DNA from: Dehalococcoidia bacterium
GTDB lineage: Bacteria > Chloroflexota > Dehalococcoidia > Lucifugimonadales > UBA3495
Length of the DNA: 64,000 nucleotides
Reading direction: 5' to 3'
Assembly (NCBI GenBank): GCA_965203435.1
Contig: CBDBCU010000006.1
Span: 38,028 to 102,027, forward strand
Translations under genes and position numbers: made by a program
The notes under the pieces: model-generated
Told to the model about the DNA's origin: nothing
What the model saw: only the letters and a program-made list of their open reading frames with translations
Database searches by the model: none
In this document: positions 26,696-34,961 of the stretch, piece after piece
Numbering within the stretch: position 1 is the stretch's first letter
How the letters are laid out: each line of letters starts with the position of its first letter

Positions 26696-27148
26696 TTACT
26701 TGTTGAAATCAGGGCGGAGTATCCCAATTGCAAAGTACTCAGCCCACTTGATTTCCAAGTTCAGCTCGTCCCTCGTCACCCAACGGATGACGACATTGTC
26801 TTTAATCCATCCTCTGCCGCTAGGAACGCTGGCGACCTTTCCTTCTTTCACCAAGCGACGGGACAAATCGGATGAAGTGGTACCAGCCCAATGGTCTTTC
26901 ATCCGACTTTTGAGACCTACTTCGCTACGGCCAATGTAAAGGAACCTCCCGGTTCGCTTCTCCGAGAACAGATACACCCCGCTTTTATCGGGCATCTGAT
27001 CTACGGTGGGACTGAGGAAAGGGATACTTTCTTTGAGCAGCAGACTCTCTACCGCCGCACGCCCCTCGTCGATGCGATTCTGTATATCCAGAACTGCCCC
27101 CCTCTGCTGATTTGAGATAAACCTCGGTTGCAACATTGCAACCGACAT
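26696..27148 (-). CDS. GIY-YIG nuclease domain protein
   Basis: SGVYLFSEKRTGRFLYIGRSEVGLKSRMKDH plus a downstream E...N (EIKWAEYFAIGILRPDFN). Line GC counts of 47-57% against about 65% in the flanks. Start is ATG 27148 or 27136. Confidence 0.75.
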   Translation of the reverse strand: MSVAMLQPRFISNQQRGAVLDIQNRIDEGRAAVESLLLKESIPFLSPTVDQMPDKSGVYLFSEKRTGRFLYIGRSEVGLKSRMKDHWAGTTSSDLSRRLVKEGKVASVPSGRGWIKDNVVIRWVTRDELNLEIKWAEYFAIGILRPDFNK

Positions 27149-27165
27149 CCGGGTCAAAATACGAC

Positions 27166-27957
27166 TCACGGCGCAAAGCGCACCAAGGCCTGGGCCGCGT
27201 GGCGGCTGATGGCCGCCGTTCCTTGCCCGACCCACTCCTCCAGCAGCTGCCGGTAGGAACAGGATACGAACTTCACTTCGTCGTTGGCGACGGCTTTGGC
27301 AAAGGCCGCAATTTCCTCTTTATGCCGGGTATGATTGTCCGGGTTAATGGGCCGGCCGCCCTCCGGCCAACGGGCCGGCTCGGCGTAGAGGTAAAAGAGG
27401 ATGGGCGTCAACCCGGGATAAGCCCCGTCGTTCTGCACCGCCGTCCGCAGGGCAAAGGCGTGCTTGAAAAGTTGCGCCGTATCCAGCAGGTACGGGTTGC
27501 CCTTGCTTTCCTGCAACTCATCCCGCACCCGCTCATAGCCCTTCATCCGATTGCCCCACACCTTCCGCCAGTAGGATTCGGACAGTTTCTTGACCCGGTT
27601 CGGGCGGAAAGGCTCGAACCGCTTGGATTCCACGCCGATCAGGGTGGTCGGCGTCGTTACCACCGCGTCCAGGACGGGATGCCGCCCACCCCGCAGCCAG
27701 GTTTTGCCCCGGCCCCAGGGAAAGCGCACCTCGGTTTCCAGAGTCACCGCCTCCGCCGGCCAGCGCACATCCGGGCAGCCGGGCAGGGCCGGCAATTCCC
27801 CGGCCCGGTTCAGGAAATACCCGAACACATTGGCCGCCAGAGCCGCCGAGGATTCCGGGCTATCGAACTTCCCGGACTTGATTTCGTTTCCCGGCGCAGC
27901 GTTAAAAATCGCCTCAATTTCCGCGCCCGGTACGCCGGGCAGAAACCGTTCCGTCAT
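27166..27957 (-). CDS. Hypothetical protein, probable PD-(D/E)xK-fold nuclease
   Basis: HPVLDAVVTTPTTLIGVESKRFEP gives a D...E-x-K arrangement. N-terminal SSAALAANVFGYF resembles restriction-endonuclease-like families. Family not identified. Confidence 0.55.
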   Translation of the reverse strand: MTERFLPGVPGAEIEAIFNAAPGNEIKSGKFDSPESSAALAANVFGYFLNRAGELPALPGCPDVRWPAEAVTLETEVRFPWGRGKTWLRGGRHPVLDAVVTTPTTLIGVESKRFEPFRPNRVKKLSESYWRKVWGNRMKGYERVRDELQESKGNPYLLDTAQLFKHAFALRTAVQNDGAYPGLTPILFYLYAEPARWPEGGRPINPDNHTRHKEEIAAFAKAVANDEVKFVSCSYRQLLEEWVGQGTAAISRHAAQALVRFAP

Positions 27958-27975
27958 TCTCTCGCTCCCGTCCTT

Positions 27976-29340
27976 TTAACCCGAAAATCCCGGCGGCCGC
28001 AAATCAATCCCTAGCGCCGCCTCGCACCAGCCGGCTACGGCCAGCAGCCGCCCCTCGGCCCAGGGCGGCCCGGCCAGTTGAATCCCCAAAGGCAGCCCAT
28101 CCCCGGCCAAGCCGGAGGGTATTGTAATAGTCGGCAGTCCCGCCGAAGTCCAGGGGGCTTGAAAGGCCGCGTCTCCGGTAGTGGTCAAGTCCCGGGGCGC
28201 CGGAGCCGGCGTGGACGGAGTCAGCAAAGCGTCCGCCGATTCCGCCAATGCGGTCAAATCCTGCCGGAACTGGCGGCGCAGCCGTTGGGCTTGCAAATAA
28301 GTTACCGCCGGGATTAGCATCCCCATCTCGATGTTGGCCCGCAGGCGCGGCCCATACTCCTCGGCCCGATAGCGAAACCACTGCTCGTGAAAGGCGGCGC
28401 ATTCCACATTCATCACAATGCGCTGGCAATCGGCGGTGGTGGCAAAGCTGGCCGGCAATTCCATTTCCGCAATTACCGCCCCGGCCCGGGCCAATTCCTG
28501 CGCCGCGGCCTCCGTATGCCGCCGTACTTCGTCCGTAGCCCGGTCAAAGAAATAGCCCTTGTTCAACAGGCCGATCCGCGGCGGCCTATCCCACCGCGCC
28601 ATTTCCGCCGAATAGTCCGGGACCGGCTGGTTGGCCGAACCCGGATCCTTGGCATCATATCCGGCCATAGCCTGGAGCAGCAAAGCGGCGTCCGCTACCC
28701 GCCGGGTCAGAATGCCCACCGTATCCAGGGACCAGCTGACCGGCACCACCCCATAGCGGCTGATGCGCCCGTAGGTTGGTTTCAGCCCCACAATGCCGTT
28801 GTAGGCCGCCGGCCGGCAAGTGGAGCCGCCGGTTTGAGAACCCAAAGCCCCGGGACACATCCCGGCGGCCACGGCTACCGCCGACCCGCTGCTGGAGCCG
28901 CCGGGGGTGTGTTCCCGATTCCAGGGATTGCGCGTCGGCGACGGGTCGGAAGTGGCAAACTCGGTCGTTACCGCCTTGCCCAGGATGACCGCTCCGGCCG
29001 CCTTGAGCCGGGCCACGCAAGTGGCGTCATAATCCGGCACAAAGTCGGCGTAAATGCGGGAGCAGGCCGTAGTTTTCAGCCCGGCGGTGTAGAAAATATC
29101 CTTCAGGGCGATGGGGACGCCGTGCAGGATACCCGGCGCGGCCCCCCGGGCCAGTTCCTGCTCCCGTTCCGCGGCGGCCGCTAGCGCCCCTTCCCGGTCG
29201 AGGGTTACCCAGGCTTGCAGGGCCGGCTCGCCAGCGTCAATCCGCGCCAGCAACGCCGTGGCGTAGTCCCCCGGCGACAACTCCCGCCGGCGGATTAAAT
29301 CAGCGGCGGCGCTGAGGCTGAGGGTATAAGGTTCGGCCAT
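27976..29340 (-). CDS. Amidase-signature family amidohydrolase (GatA/AtzE-like)
   Basis: GGSSSGSAVAVAAG...GSQTGGSTCRPAAYNGIVGLKPTYGRISRYG. ATG at 29338-29340 with GAGGAAG upstream. Confidence 0.9.
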   Translation of the reverse strand: MAEPYTLSLSAAADLIRRRELSPGDYATALLARIDAGEPALQAWVTLDREGALAAAAEREQELARGAAPGILHGVPIALKDIFYTAGLKTTACSRIYADFVPDYDATCVARLKAAGAVILGKAVTTEFATSDPSPTRNPWNREHTPGGSSSGSAVAVAAGMCPGALGSQTGGSTCRPAAYNGIVGLKPTYGRISRYGVVPVSWSLDTVGILTRRVADAALLLQAMAGYDAKDPGSANQPVPDYSAEMARWDRPPRIGLLNKGYFFDRATDEVRRHTEAAAQELARAGAVIAEMELPASFATTADCQRIVMNVECAAFHEQWFRYRAEEYGPRLRANIEMGMLIPAVTYLQAQRLRRQFRQDLTALAESADALLTPSTPAPAPRDLTTTGDAAFQAPWTSAGLPTITIPSGLAGDGLPLGIQLAGPPWAEGRLLAVAGWCEAALGIDLRPPGFSG

Positions 29341-29360
29341 AACTTCCTCTCTGCCGGCGG

Positions 29361-29549
29361 CTACTGATAAAAGCCCGGCTCCGTTTCCGTATCCGGCAAG
29401 TTGTTGGCAATCTGCGCTACATAGGCCGCCGCCTGCGCCAGCAGGGCCGGATTTTGGGCGGCATAATCCGCCCCCCAAAGGATTTGGGCCTGCGCCGTCA
29501 GTTGCCGCAGCGCCGTCTCCCCAGTAATATCCGGGGTGGCATCGCCCAT
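29361..29549 (-). CDS. Hypothetical 62-aa protein upstream of the amidase (possible GatC/AtzG-like small subunit)
   Basis: Co-oriented, 20 nt upstream of the amidase, with helical Ala/Gln-rich composition. The assignment is speculative. Confidence 0.45.
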   Translation of the reverse strand: MGDATPDITGETALRQLTAQAQILWGADYAAQNPALLAQAAAYVAQIANNLPDTETEPGFYQ

Positions 29550-29652
29550 AACAAACCTCGCAGTGTGGGATACGCTTGCCGGCCCTTCCAGCCTAATCCC
29601 GCCCTATTCTACCCTAAATCCCGTCAATAGGGAATCCCTGGCGGCGCGCCTG

Positions 29653-29681
29653 TTGCATTTGATAATTTCCTCCGTTACAAT
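29653..29681 (+). promoter_or_regulatory. Sigma-70-type promoter TTGCAT-17-TACAAT, apparently leaderless
   Basis: The -10 ends 6 nt before the ATG at 29688 and there is no Shine-Dalgarno sequence. Confidence 0.5.
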
Positions 29682-29687
29682 AGCCCT

Positions 29688-30632
29688 ATGGCAACCGCAG
29701 CGGCTTTTGACACCTACCGGTTCATCCAGAGCCTGATTAAGAGCGGCTTCACCGAGCAGCAGGCCGAAACCCTGGCCTACGAGCAGGTGAACCTGCTCAA
29801 CAGCAACTTGACCACCACCCAGGACTTGGAAATCTCGCGCCTGGCCACGGAAGCCAAGATTGAGGAATCCCGGGCGGCCACGGAAGCCAAAATCGCCGAG
29901 TCCCAGGCGGCCACGGAAGCCAAAATTGAGGAACTGCGCCTCGCCACCGCCAAGGATATTGCGGATTCGCGGGCGGCTATGGAAGCCAAAATCGCGGAAT
30001 CGCAGGCGGCCACCGACGCCAAGATTGAGGAACTGCGCCTCGCCACCGCCAAAGATATTGCGGATTCGCGGGCGGCTATGGAAGCCAAAATCGCGGAATC
30101 GCAGGCTGCTACCGACGCCAAGATTGAGGAACTGCGCCTCGCCACCGCCAAGGATATTGCGGATTCGCGGGCGGCTATGGAAGCCAAAATCGCGGAATCG
30201 CAGGCCGCTACCGACGCCAAAATCGCGGACCTGGACGCCAAAGTCACGGAATTCCGCATCGCTACTGATGCCCGGATTGCGGCGATTCAATCTGACGTGG
30301 AAAAGGCCCGCATCTCCACCGAGGCTAAACTCGAGGAATTCCGCATCGCTACCGATGCCCGGACCGCGGCAATTCAATCTGACGTGGAAAAGGCCCGCAT
30401 CTCCACCGAGGCTAAACTCGAGGAATTCCGCATCGCTACCGATGCCCGGACCGCGGCAATTCAAGCCGACGGGGAAAAGGCCCGCATTTCCACCGAGGCT
30501 AAAATCGAGGAACTTCGCCACTCCACCGAGGCCAAAATCCAATCCGCCAAGTACGACCTGGTCAAGTGGATTTATCCCGCCCTGGTCGCCCAACTCGGGC
30601 TTTACATTGCCCTGACTAAACTCCTTGAGTGA
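29688..30632 (+). CDS. DUF1640-like coiled-coil protein with expanded internal repeats and C-terminal TM helix
   Basis: N-terminus FDTYRFIQSLIKSGFTEQQAETLA is the DUF1640 pattern. Internal 33-aa x3 and 29-aa x3 repeats. C-terminal WIYPALVAQLGLYIAL. Confidence 0.75.
   Translation: MATAAAFDTYRFIQSLIKSGFTEQQAETLAYEQVNLLNSNLTTTQDLEISRLATEAKIEESRAATEAKIAESQAATEAKIEELRLATAKDIADSRAAMEAKIAESQAATDAKIEELRLATAKDIADSRAAMEAKIAESQAATDAKIEELRLATAKDIADSRAAMEAKIAESQAATDAKIADLDAKVTEFRIATDARIAAIQSDVEKARISTEAKLEEFRIATDARTAAIQSDVEKARISTEAKLEEFRIATDARTAAIQADGEKARISTEAKIEELRHSTEAKIQSAKYDLVKWIYPALVAQLGLYIALTKLLE
29928..30224 (+). repeat. Intragenic tandem repeat, 99 bp x 3
   Basis: gaggaactgcgcctcgccaccgcc recurs at 29928, 30027 and 30126, with near-identical units. 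Confidence 0.9.
30249..30509 (+). repeat. Intragenic tandem repeat, 87 bp x 3
   Basis: gaattccgcatcgct recurs at 30249, 30336 and 30423. Confidence 0.9.
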
Positions 30633-30733
30633 CCTGCCTCTCGTCGCCCGTTAGCCTGGTTTATAAGGGCGCATAGGGTAACCACTGGCAAGAACAGCCT
30701 GGCGCGAGCAGACCGCCCGCTCCGGAGGGGAAC

Positions 30734-31375
30734 TTGGATATTATATCCGCGGCCGCTTTGGGTTCCTCGGCCGGTATGCGGGTGTTCCTGCCGTTGCTCC
30801 TGTTGACTTTGGCTGCCAATGGCTACTTGCCCTTAGGCGGCCTCGGCATTGCTGAGCTACCGACCAGTATGGCATGGCTGGGTACGCCCTATGCTTTGGC
30901 TGTCGCCGCTGTCCTCTACGCCATCGAACGGCTGGCCTACTTTGTGCCGGGCATTGACCACATCACCGACGTAGTTGAAACTTTTCTTGCGCCCCTTGCC
31001 GGCGCTGTCGTAGCCATGGCGGCCCTTGTCCAACCCAGCGTCCCGGAAACGGTTAATGTTCTTATGCCGGTAGCTGCCCTGGCGACAGTCGGCGTCGCCG
31101 AAGTCAGCCTTGGACCATGGCTGACTGCCTTGGCGGTCGGCGGCATCCCGGCTCTGGTCATGCACGGGGCAATGGCTATTGCCCGGGCTGTTCTGAACTT
31201 GATGACTGGCTGCCTCGGCACCGTTGCTATATCGGTGTTTGAGGACATCGGCGCGGTAATAGTTTTTGTCCTGGCCTTAGTGCTGCCAATACTGGCGCTG
31301 GTCTTGCTGGCTGGTCTTGCCGCGTTTCTGGTAATCAAATGGGTGCGCCGGAAAGGGCGTCCGCAAGCGGCGTAA
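30734..31375 (+). CDS. DUF4126 family membrane protein
   Basis: TTG start with GGAGGGG upstream. AAALGSSAGMRVFLPLLLLTLAA and multiple TM segments. Confidence 0.75.
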   Translation: MDIISAAALGSSAGMRVFLPLLLLTLAANGYLPLGGLGIAELPTSMAWLGTPYALAVAAVLYAIERLAYFVPGIDHITDVVETFLAPLAGAVVAMAALVQPSVPETVNVLMPVAALATVGVAEVSLGPWLTALAVGGIPALVMHGAMAIARAVLNLMTGCLGTVAISVFEDIGAVIVFVLALVLPILALVLLAGLAAFLVIKWVRRKGRPQAA

Positions 31376-31388
31376 ATCCCCCCGGCAT

Positions 31389-31417
31389 TTGACCTTTCCC
31401 CCGTTCCCTGCCATAAT
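31389..31417 (+). promoter_or_regulatory. Promoter TTGACC-17-CATAAT with TG extension
   Basis: TTGACC at 31389-31394, tgcCATAAT at 31409-31417. The track's TTG start at 31389 is this -35 hexamer. Confidence 0.5.
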
Positions 31418-31466
31418 CATTCCCGAACCCGCAACCAGCCCGCATACCCCCATAAGGAGGCGCGCC

Positions 31467-32387
31467 TTGACTACTGCTAAACCTATCGTTGGCGGCGGCC
31501 AATATACCTACGAAATGCATACCGATTGGGCCAAGCTGCCCGCCGGCTGGGCGATGCCCGCCGCCGCGGTGTACGGCGATTCCCAAGACCGGGTTTATTG
31601 CTTCAACCGCGACCCGGAACATCCCATCGTCATCTTTGACCGGGAGGGCAACTACCTCAACTCCTGGGGCGCGGGGATGTTCAGCTTCCCCCACGCCATC
31701 ATCCTCGACCCCGCCGATAATGTCTGGCTGGTCGAGCGCAACGACGGCCAGATTATGAAGTTCACCCCGGACGGCCAGCTGCTGATGACCATCGGCGTCA
31801 AGGGCTACCGCTCTGACACCGGCGTGGACAATACCGTCATCAGTTCCAACGCTTGGCCCGAGGTAGTGCGCGGCGCCGAACCCTTTAACCTGCCGGCCGG
31901 CATCGCCGTCAATGCGGCCGGGGAAATCTTTATCGCCGACGGCTACGCCAACGCCCGGGTGCATCACTTCACCCCCGAGGGCCGCCTGATTAAATCCTGG
32001 GGCGGCCCCGGCTCCGGCCCCGGCCAGTTCAACCTGCCCCATGGCGCCTGGATTGACCGCAAAGCCCGCCTGCTGATTGCCGACCGGGAAAATGACCGCA
32101 TCCAGGTTTTTGACCAGGAGGGCGGCCATATCACCGACTTTCCCACCAAACTGATTGGCCCGGCCGTTATGTATGTGGACGACGAGGACATCGTCTATGT
32201 GGCCGAACACAACGGCGGCCTGGTCAGCATCCTGAACCTGGACGGGGAACTGCTGGCCCAATGGGGTTCTATGACTCACCGCTCCTGTCACGGCATCTGG
32301 GTCGATTCCCATAAAGACCTGTATGTGGTGGAACCCTACGAGGGCAGCCAGGGCCGCACCGTGGTCAAGTTCGTCCGCCAGTCCTGA
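31467..32387 (+). CDS. NHL-repeat six-bladed beta-propeller protein (peptidyl-hydroxyglycine amidating-lyase-like)
   Basis: AAGGAGG 7 nt upstream of the TTG at 31467. Repeated FxxPHGxxxDxxxxxxVxD-type blades (FSFPHAIILDPADNVWLVERN, FNLPAGIAVNAAGEIFIADG, FNLPHGAWIDRKARLLIADREN). Confidence 0.8.
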   Translation: MTTAKPIVGGGQYTYEMHTDWAKLPAGWAMPAAAVYGDSQDRVYCFNRDPEHPIVIFDREGNYLNSWGAGMFSFPHAIILDPADNVWLVERNDGQIMKFTPDGQLLMTIGVKGYRSDTGVDNTVISSNAWPEVVRGAEPFNLPAGIAVNAAGEIFIADGYANARVHHFTPEGRLIKSWGGPGSGPGQFNLPHGAWIDRKARLLIADRENDRIQVFDQEGGHITDFPTKLIGPAVMYVDDEDIVYVAEHNGGLVSILNLDGELLAQWGSMTHRSCHGIWVDSHKDLYVVEPYEGSQGRTVVKFVRQS

Positions 32388-32413
32388 CCCCGCCAAGCCG
32401 GTTGGCGGCGGGC

Positions 32414-32458
32414 GGCTTTCCGCTCATCCTGAACTTGTTGAAGGATGGGCGGAAAGCC
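32414..32458. repeat. Family-B hairpin repeat with complementary flanks
   Basis: ggctttccgc-tcatcctgaacttgttgaaggatgg-gcggaaagcc. Confidence 0.85.
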
Positions 32459-32549
32459 GGTGGCGGTTGCCCGGTCTGCTAACTATTAGTGCAAGTACGC
32501 CCGGAAATGCCGCGCCCTTAACCCCCCACAGGATTTGTAACTTTCCCCA

Positions 32550-33878
32550 ATGCGCGCCCTCCGCTCCCTGTTCCGTTCCGCCAACTTCCGCCTGCTCTGG
32601 GGCGCCGGCGGCTTATCGGCTATCGGCGACCAGTTTGACCTGATTGCCTTTCCCTGGCTGGTGCTGCTGCTGGCCGGCGACCCGCTAGCCGTTGGCACGG
32701 TGATCGCGGTCGGCAACGCCCCCACCGTCCTCTTTATGCTGCTGGGCGGCGGCCTGGTGGATCGCTTTTCCCCCCGCCGCATTATGCAGGCCAGCAATCT
32801 GTTGCGGCTGCTGCTGGGGGCAAGTCTGGCCGCCCTGATTCTGACCGGCCATATTGCCCTCTGGCTGATTTACCCCCTGGCTCTGCTGAAAGGACTGGCC
32901 GATGCCCTTTACTACCCGGCCCAGGGCGCGCTGTTGCCCCGGGTAGTGCCGCCCGGCCAATTGCGCCAGGCTAATGCCGTGGTCCACACCACCTTTGAGC
33001 TCAGCGGCATCCTGGGCCCGGCCCTGGCCGGCGCGCTGATTGCCCTGTTCAGCAACGGCGGCGGGATGGCCGCCGCCGCTCCCTTGCCCGGCTCCGGAGC
33101 CGCCGCGGCTGCCGGATTGACCGGCTTGGCCTTGGTCTTTGCCGGCGTTGCGGTCGTCTTTCTCTTGTCAGCCCTGCTGCTTACCGCCCTGCGGTTGGAT
33201 AAGGACGCCGCGGACGCCGCCGATCCGGATGCGGAAACCGGCGGCATCCTCCGCTCCATAGTCCAGGGCATTAAGTTCGTCCGGGCCGACGCCGCGATGT
33301 TCACCCTCTTTCTGCTGATTGCCGGCATTGAACTGCTGATTGAGGGGCCGGTCATTGTCGGCATTCCCATCCTGGCGAACAGCAAAATGCCGCAGGGCGC
33401 TCTGGCCTTGGGCGTAATCGTATCGGCCCATGCCGGCGGTGCTTTGGTGGGTTCGGCCCTGGCCGGCCTGCTGCCCGCCCCCAAACGCGGGTTGGGCTTG
33501 CTGCTGATTTTCCTCTTTGCCCTTTCCGGCCTCCTGGTAATGCCCTTCGGATTTCTCACCTCTATGCTCCTGGCGGCGGTTATCGCCCTGATTATCGGCC
33601 TTGGCGGCGGTTACACCGATGTTATCTTTGCCACCTGGCTGCAAGCCCGCACCCCCCGGCGGATGTTGGGCCGGGTGATGAGCCTGCTGATGATTGCCAC
33701 CGTGGGCCTGGGGCCGGTGTCCAATGTGCTGGCCGGCGCGCTGATTAAGCTGAGCCTGGAGGGGGTTTTCGTCGGCGCCGGCGCGCTGATTGCCCTGCTC
33801 TGCCTGGTCGTAGGTTTCCGCCGGGAAGTGCGGACTATGGCTATGCCCGCCAGCGTCCGGGAGCAAACCGCCGAATAA
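32550..33878 (+). CDS. MFS transporter
   Basis: 442 aa with about 12 TM segments. N-terminus FRLLWGAGGLSAIGDQFDLIAFPWLVL is typical of MFS (enterobactin-exporter-like) proteins. Confidence 0.85.
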   Translation: MRALRSLFRSANFRLLWGAGGLSAIGDQFDLIAFPWLVLLLAGDPLAVGTVIAVGNAPTVLFMLLGGGLVDRFSPRRIMQASNLLRLLLGASLAALILTGHIALWLIYPLALLKGLADALYYPAQGALLPRVVPPGQLRQANAVVHTTFELSGILGPALAGALIALFSNGGGMAAAAPLPGSGAAAAAGLTGLALVFAGVAVVFLLSALLLTALRLDKDAADAADPDAETGGILRSIVQGIKFVRADAAMFTLFLLIAGIELLIEGPVIVGIPILANSKMPQGALALGVIVSAHAGGALVGSALAGLLPAPKRGLGLLLIFLFALSGLLVMPFGFLTSMLLAAVIALIIGLGGGYTDVIFATWLQARTPRRMLGRVMSLLMIATVGLGPVSNVLAGALIKLSLEGVFVGAGALIALLCLVVGFRREVRTMAMPASVREQTAE

Positions 33879-33918
33879 AGGAAATTTGGCGAATATAGGA
33901 AATTCGGCAAAAACCCGG

Positions 33919-33947
33919 TTGCAAACCCCGCCGGCATCGGTTAAACT
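33919..33947 (+). promoter_or_regulatory. Candidate tRNA promoter TTGCAA-17-TAAACT
   Basis: Hexamers at 33919-33924 and 33942-33947, about 40 nt upstream of the tRNA 5' end. Confidence 0.4.
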
Positions 33948-33985
33948 AATAAACCCGGGCATTCCCCACGCCCGCCGCGTTGAAT

Positions 33986-34061
33986 GGGGCTGTAGCTCAT
34001 CTGGGAGAGCGCTTCAATGGCATTGAAGAGGTAGGGGGTTCGAGTCCCCCCAGCTCCACCA
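33986..34061 (+). tRNA. tRNA-Ala (anticodon GGC), CCA encoded
   Basis: 76-nt cloverleaf folded by hand: acceptor GGGGCUG/CAGCUCC with the G3:U70 Ala identity pair, anticodon loop AUGGCAU, T-arm GGGGG-UUCGAGU-CCCCC. Confidence 0.95.
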
Positions 34062-34090
34062 TTCCCTATCTAAAGGTAAGGGAGTAGTTT

Positions 34091-34861
34091 ATGGCAGAGT
34101 TCCTTACCACGACCGGCGTATCGCACCACCTTGAAGAGGTCATTAAGAGGGCCAATGACCGCCTTATCATAGTCAGCCCTTACCTCAAGCTTAACCGTAG
34201 GGTTAGGGAACTCCTTGAGGAGAGGGATCGCGCCAAGCTGGACATCCGGCTGGTTTATGGCAAGCGAGACCTCCGGCCGGAAGAAATAAACTGGCTGGAG
34301 TCGGTTTCCATCCGCACCAGTTTCCGCGAGAACCTCCACGCCAAGTGCTATATGAACGAGAAGCAGGCCATCCTGACCTCGATGAACCTGTACGAGTTCT
34401 CGCAGCAGAACAACGACGAGATGGGGGTTCTTGTATCTATCGACAAAGACCCCGATCTTTTCGGGGATATTCGTCGCGAGGTGCAACGCATCCTGGAGGG
34501 TAGCGATGAGTTTCGCGTTACGGTTGCCCGCGTCCAGCCCGCCGAAACCGTCGCGCCGCCGGCGATAACCAGGGATACCCCCAGGGCGCCGCAAAGGAAA
34601 CCGGAACCGGCGGTTGGGATACCCAACACCGCCTTCTGCATCCGGGACAAAGCCGTTATACCGCCCAACCCCGGCAAGCCCTACTGTGACCGTTGCTTCG
34701 GGTCCTGGAACCGGTACAAAAACTACGAGTACGAGGAGAAGTGTTGCCACATTTGCGGCAACGAAAACAGCTCCACGATGGCTAAGCCGCTCTGCTTGTC
34801 CTGCTACCGGACTTATAAGGACATCCTAGTCACAGATGATATAGCTGATCTGCCTTTCTAA
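34091..34861 (+). CDS. PLD-like (single HKD) nuclease-family protein with C-terminal Cys-rich zinc ribbon, paralogue 1
   Basis: NLHAKCYMNEKQAILTSMNLYEF carries the HxK...TSxN motif. C-terminus FCIRDK...CDRCFGSWNRY...CHICG...CLSCY. Starts 30 nt after the tRNA. Line GC about 55%. Confidence 0.8.
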   Translation: MAEFLTTTGVSHHLEEVIKRANDRLIIVSPYLKLNRRVRELLEERDRAKLDIRLVYGKRDLRPEEINWLESVSIRTSFRENLHAKCYMNEKQAILTSMNLYEFSQQNNDEMGVLVSIDKDPDLFGDIRREVQRILEGSDEFRVTVARVQPAETVAPPAITRDTPRAPQRKPEPAVGIPNTAFCIRDKAVIPPNPGKPYCDRCFGSWNRYKNYEYEEKCCHICGNENSSTMAKPLCLSCYRTYKDILVTDDIADLPF

Positions 34862-34961
34862 CGAACTGTTAGAGAGGTAGATCATCCGGTAGAGGGCTGA
34901 ACTCGCGCCCCGGCAGAATGATGCCGGGGCGCAACATCCAACGGAGAGGAAACCCTGACCC

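Noticed and set aside
31389-31466. The TTG at 31389 as the start of the NHL-repeat gene.
   Set aside because: This TTG is the first base of a TTGACC -35 hexamer paired with CATAAT at 31412-31417. A strong AAGGAGG precedes the in-frame TTG at 31467.
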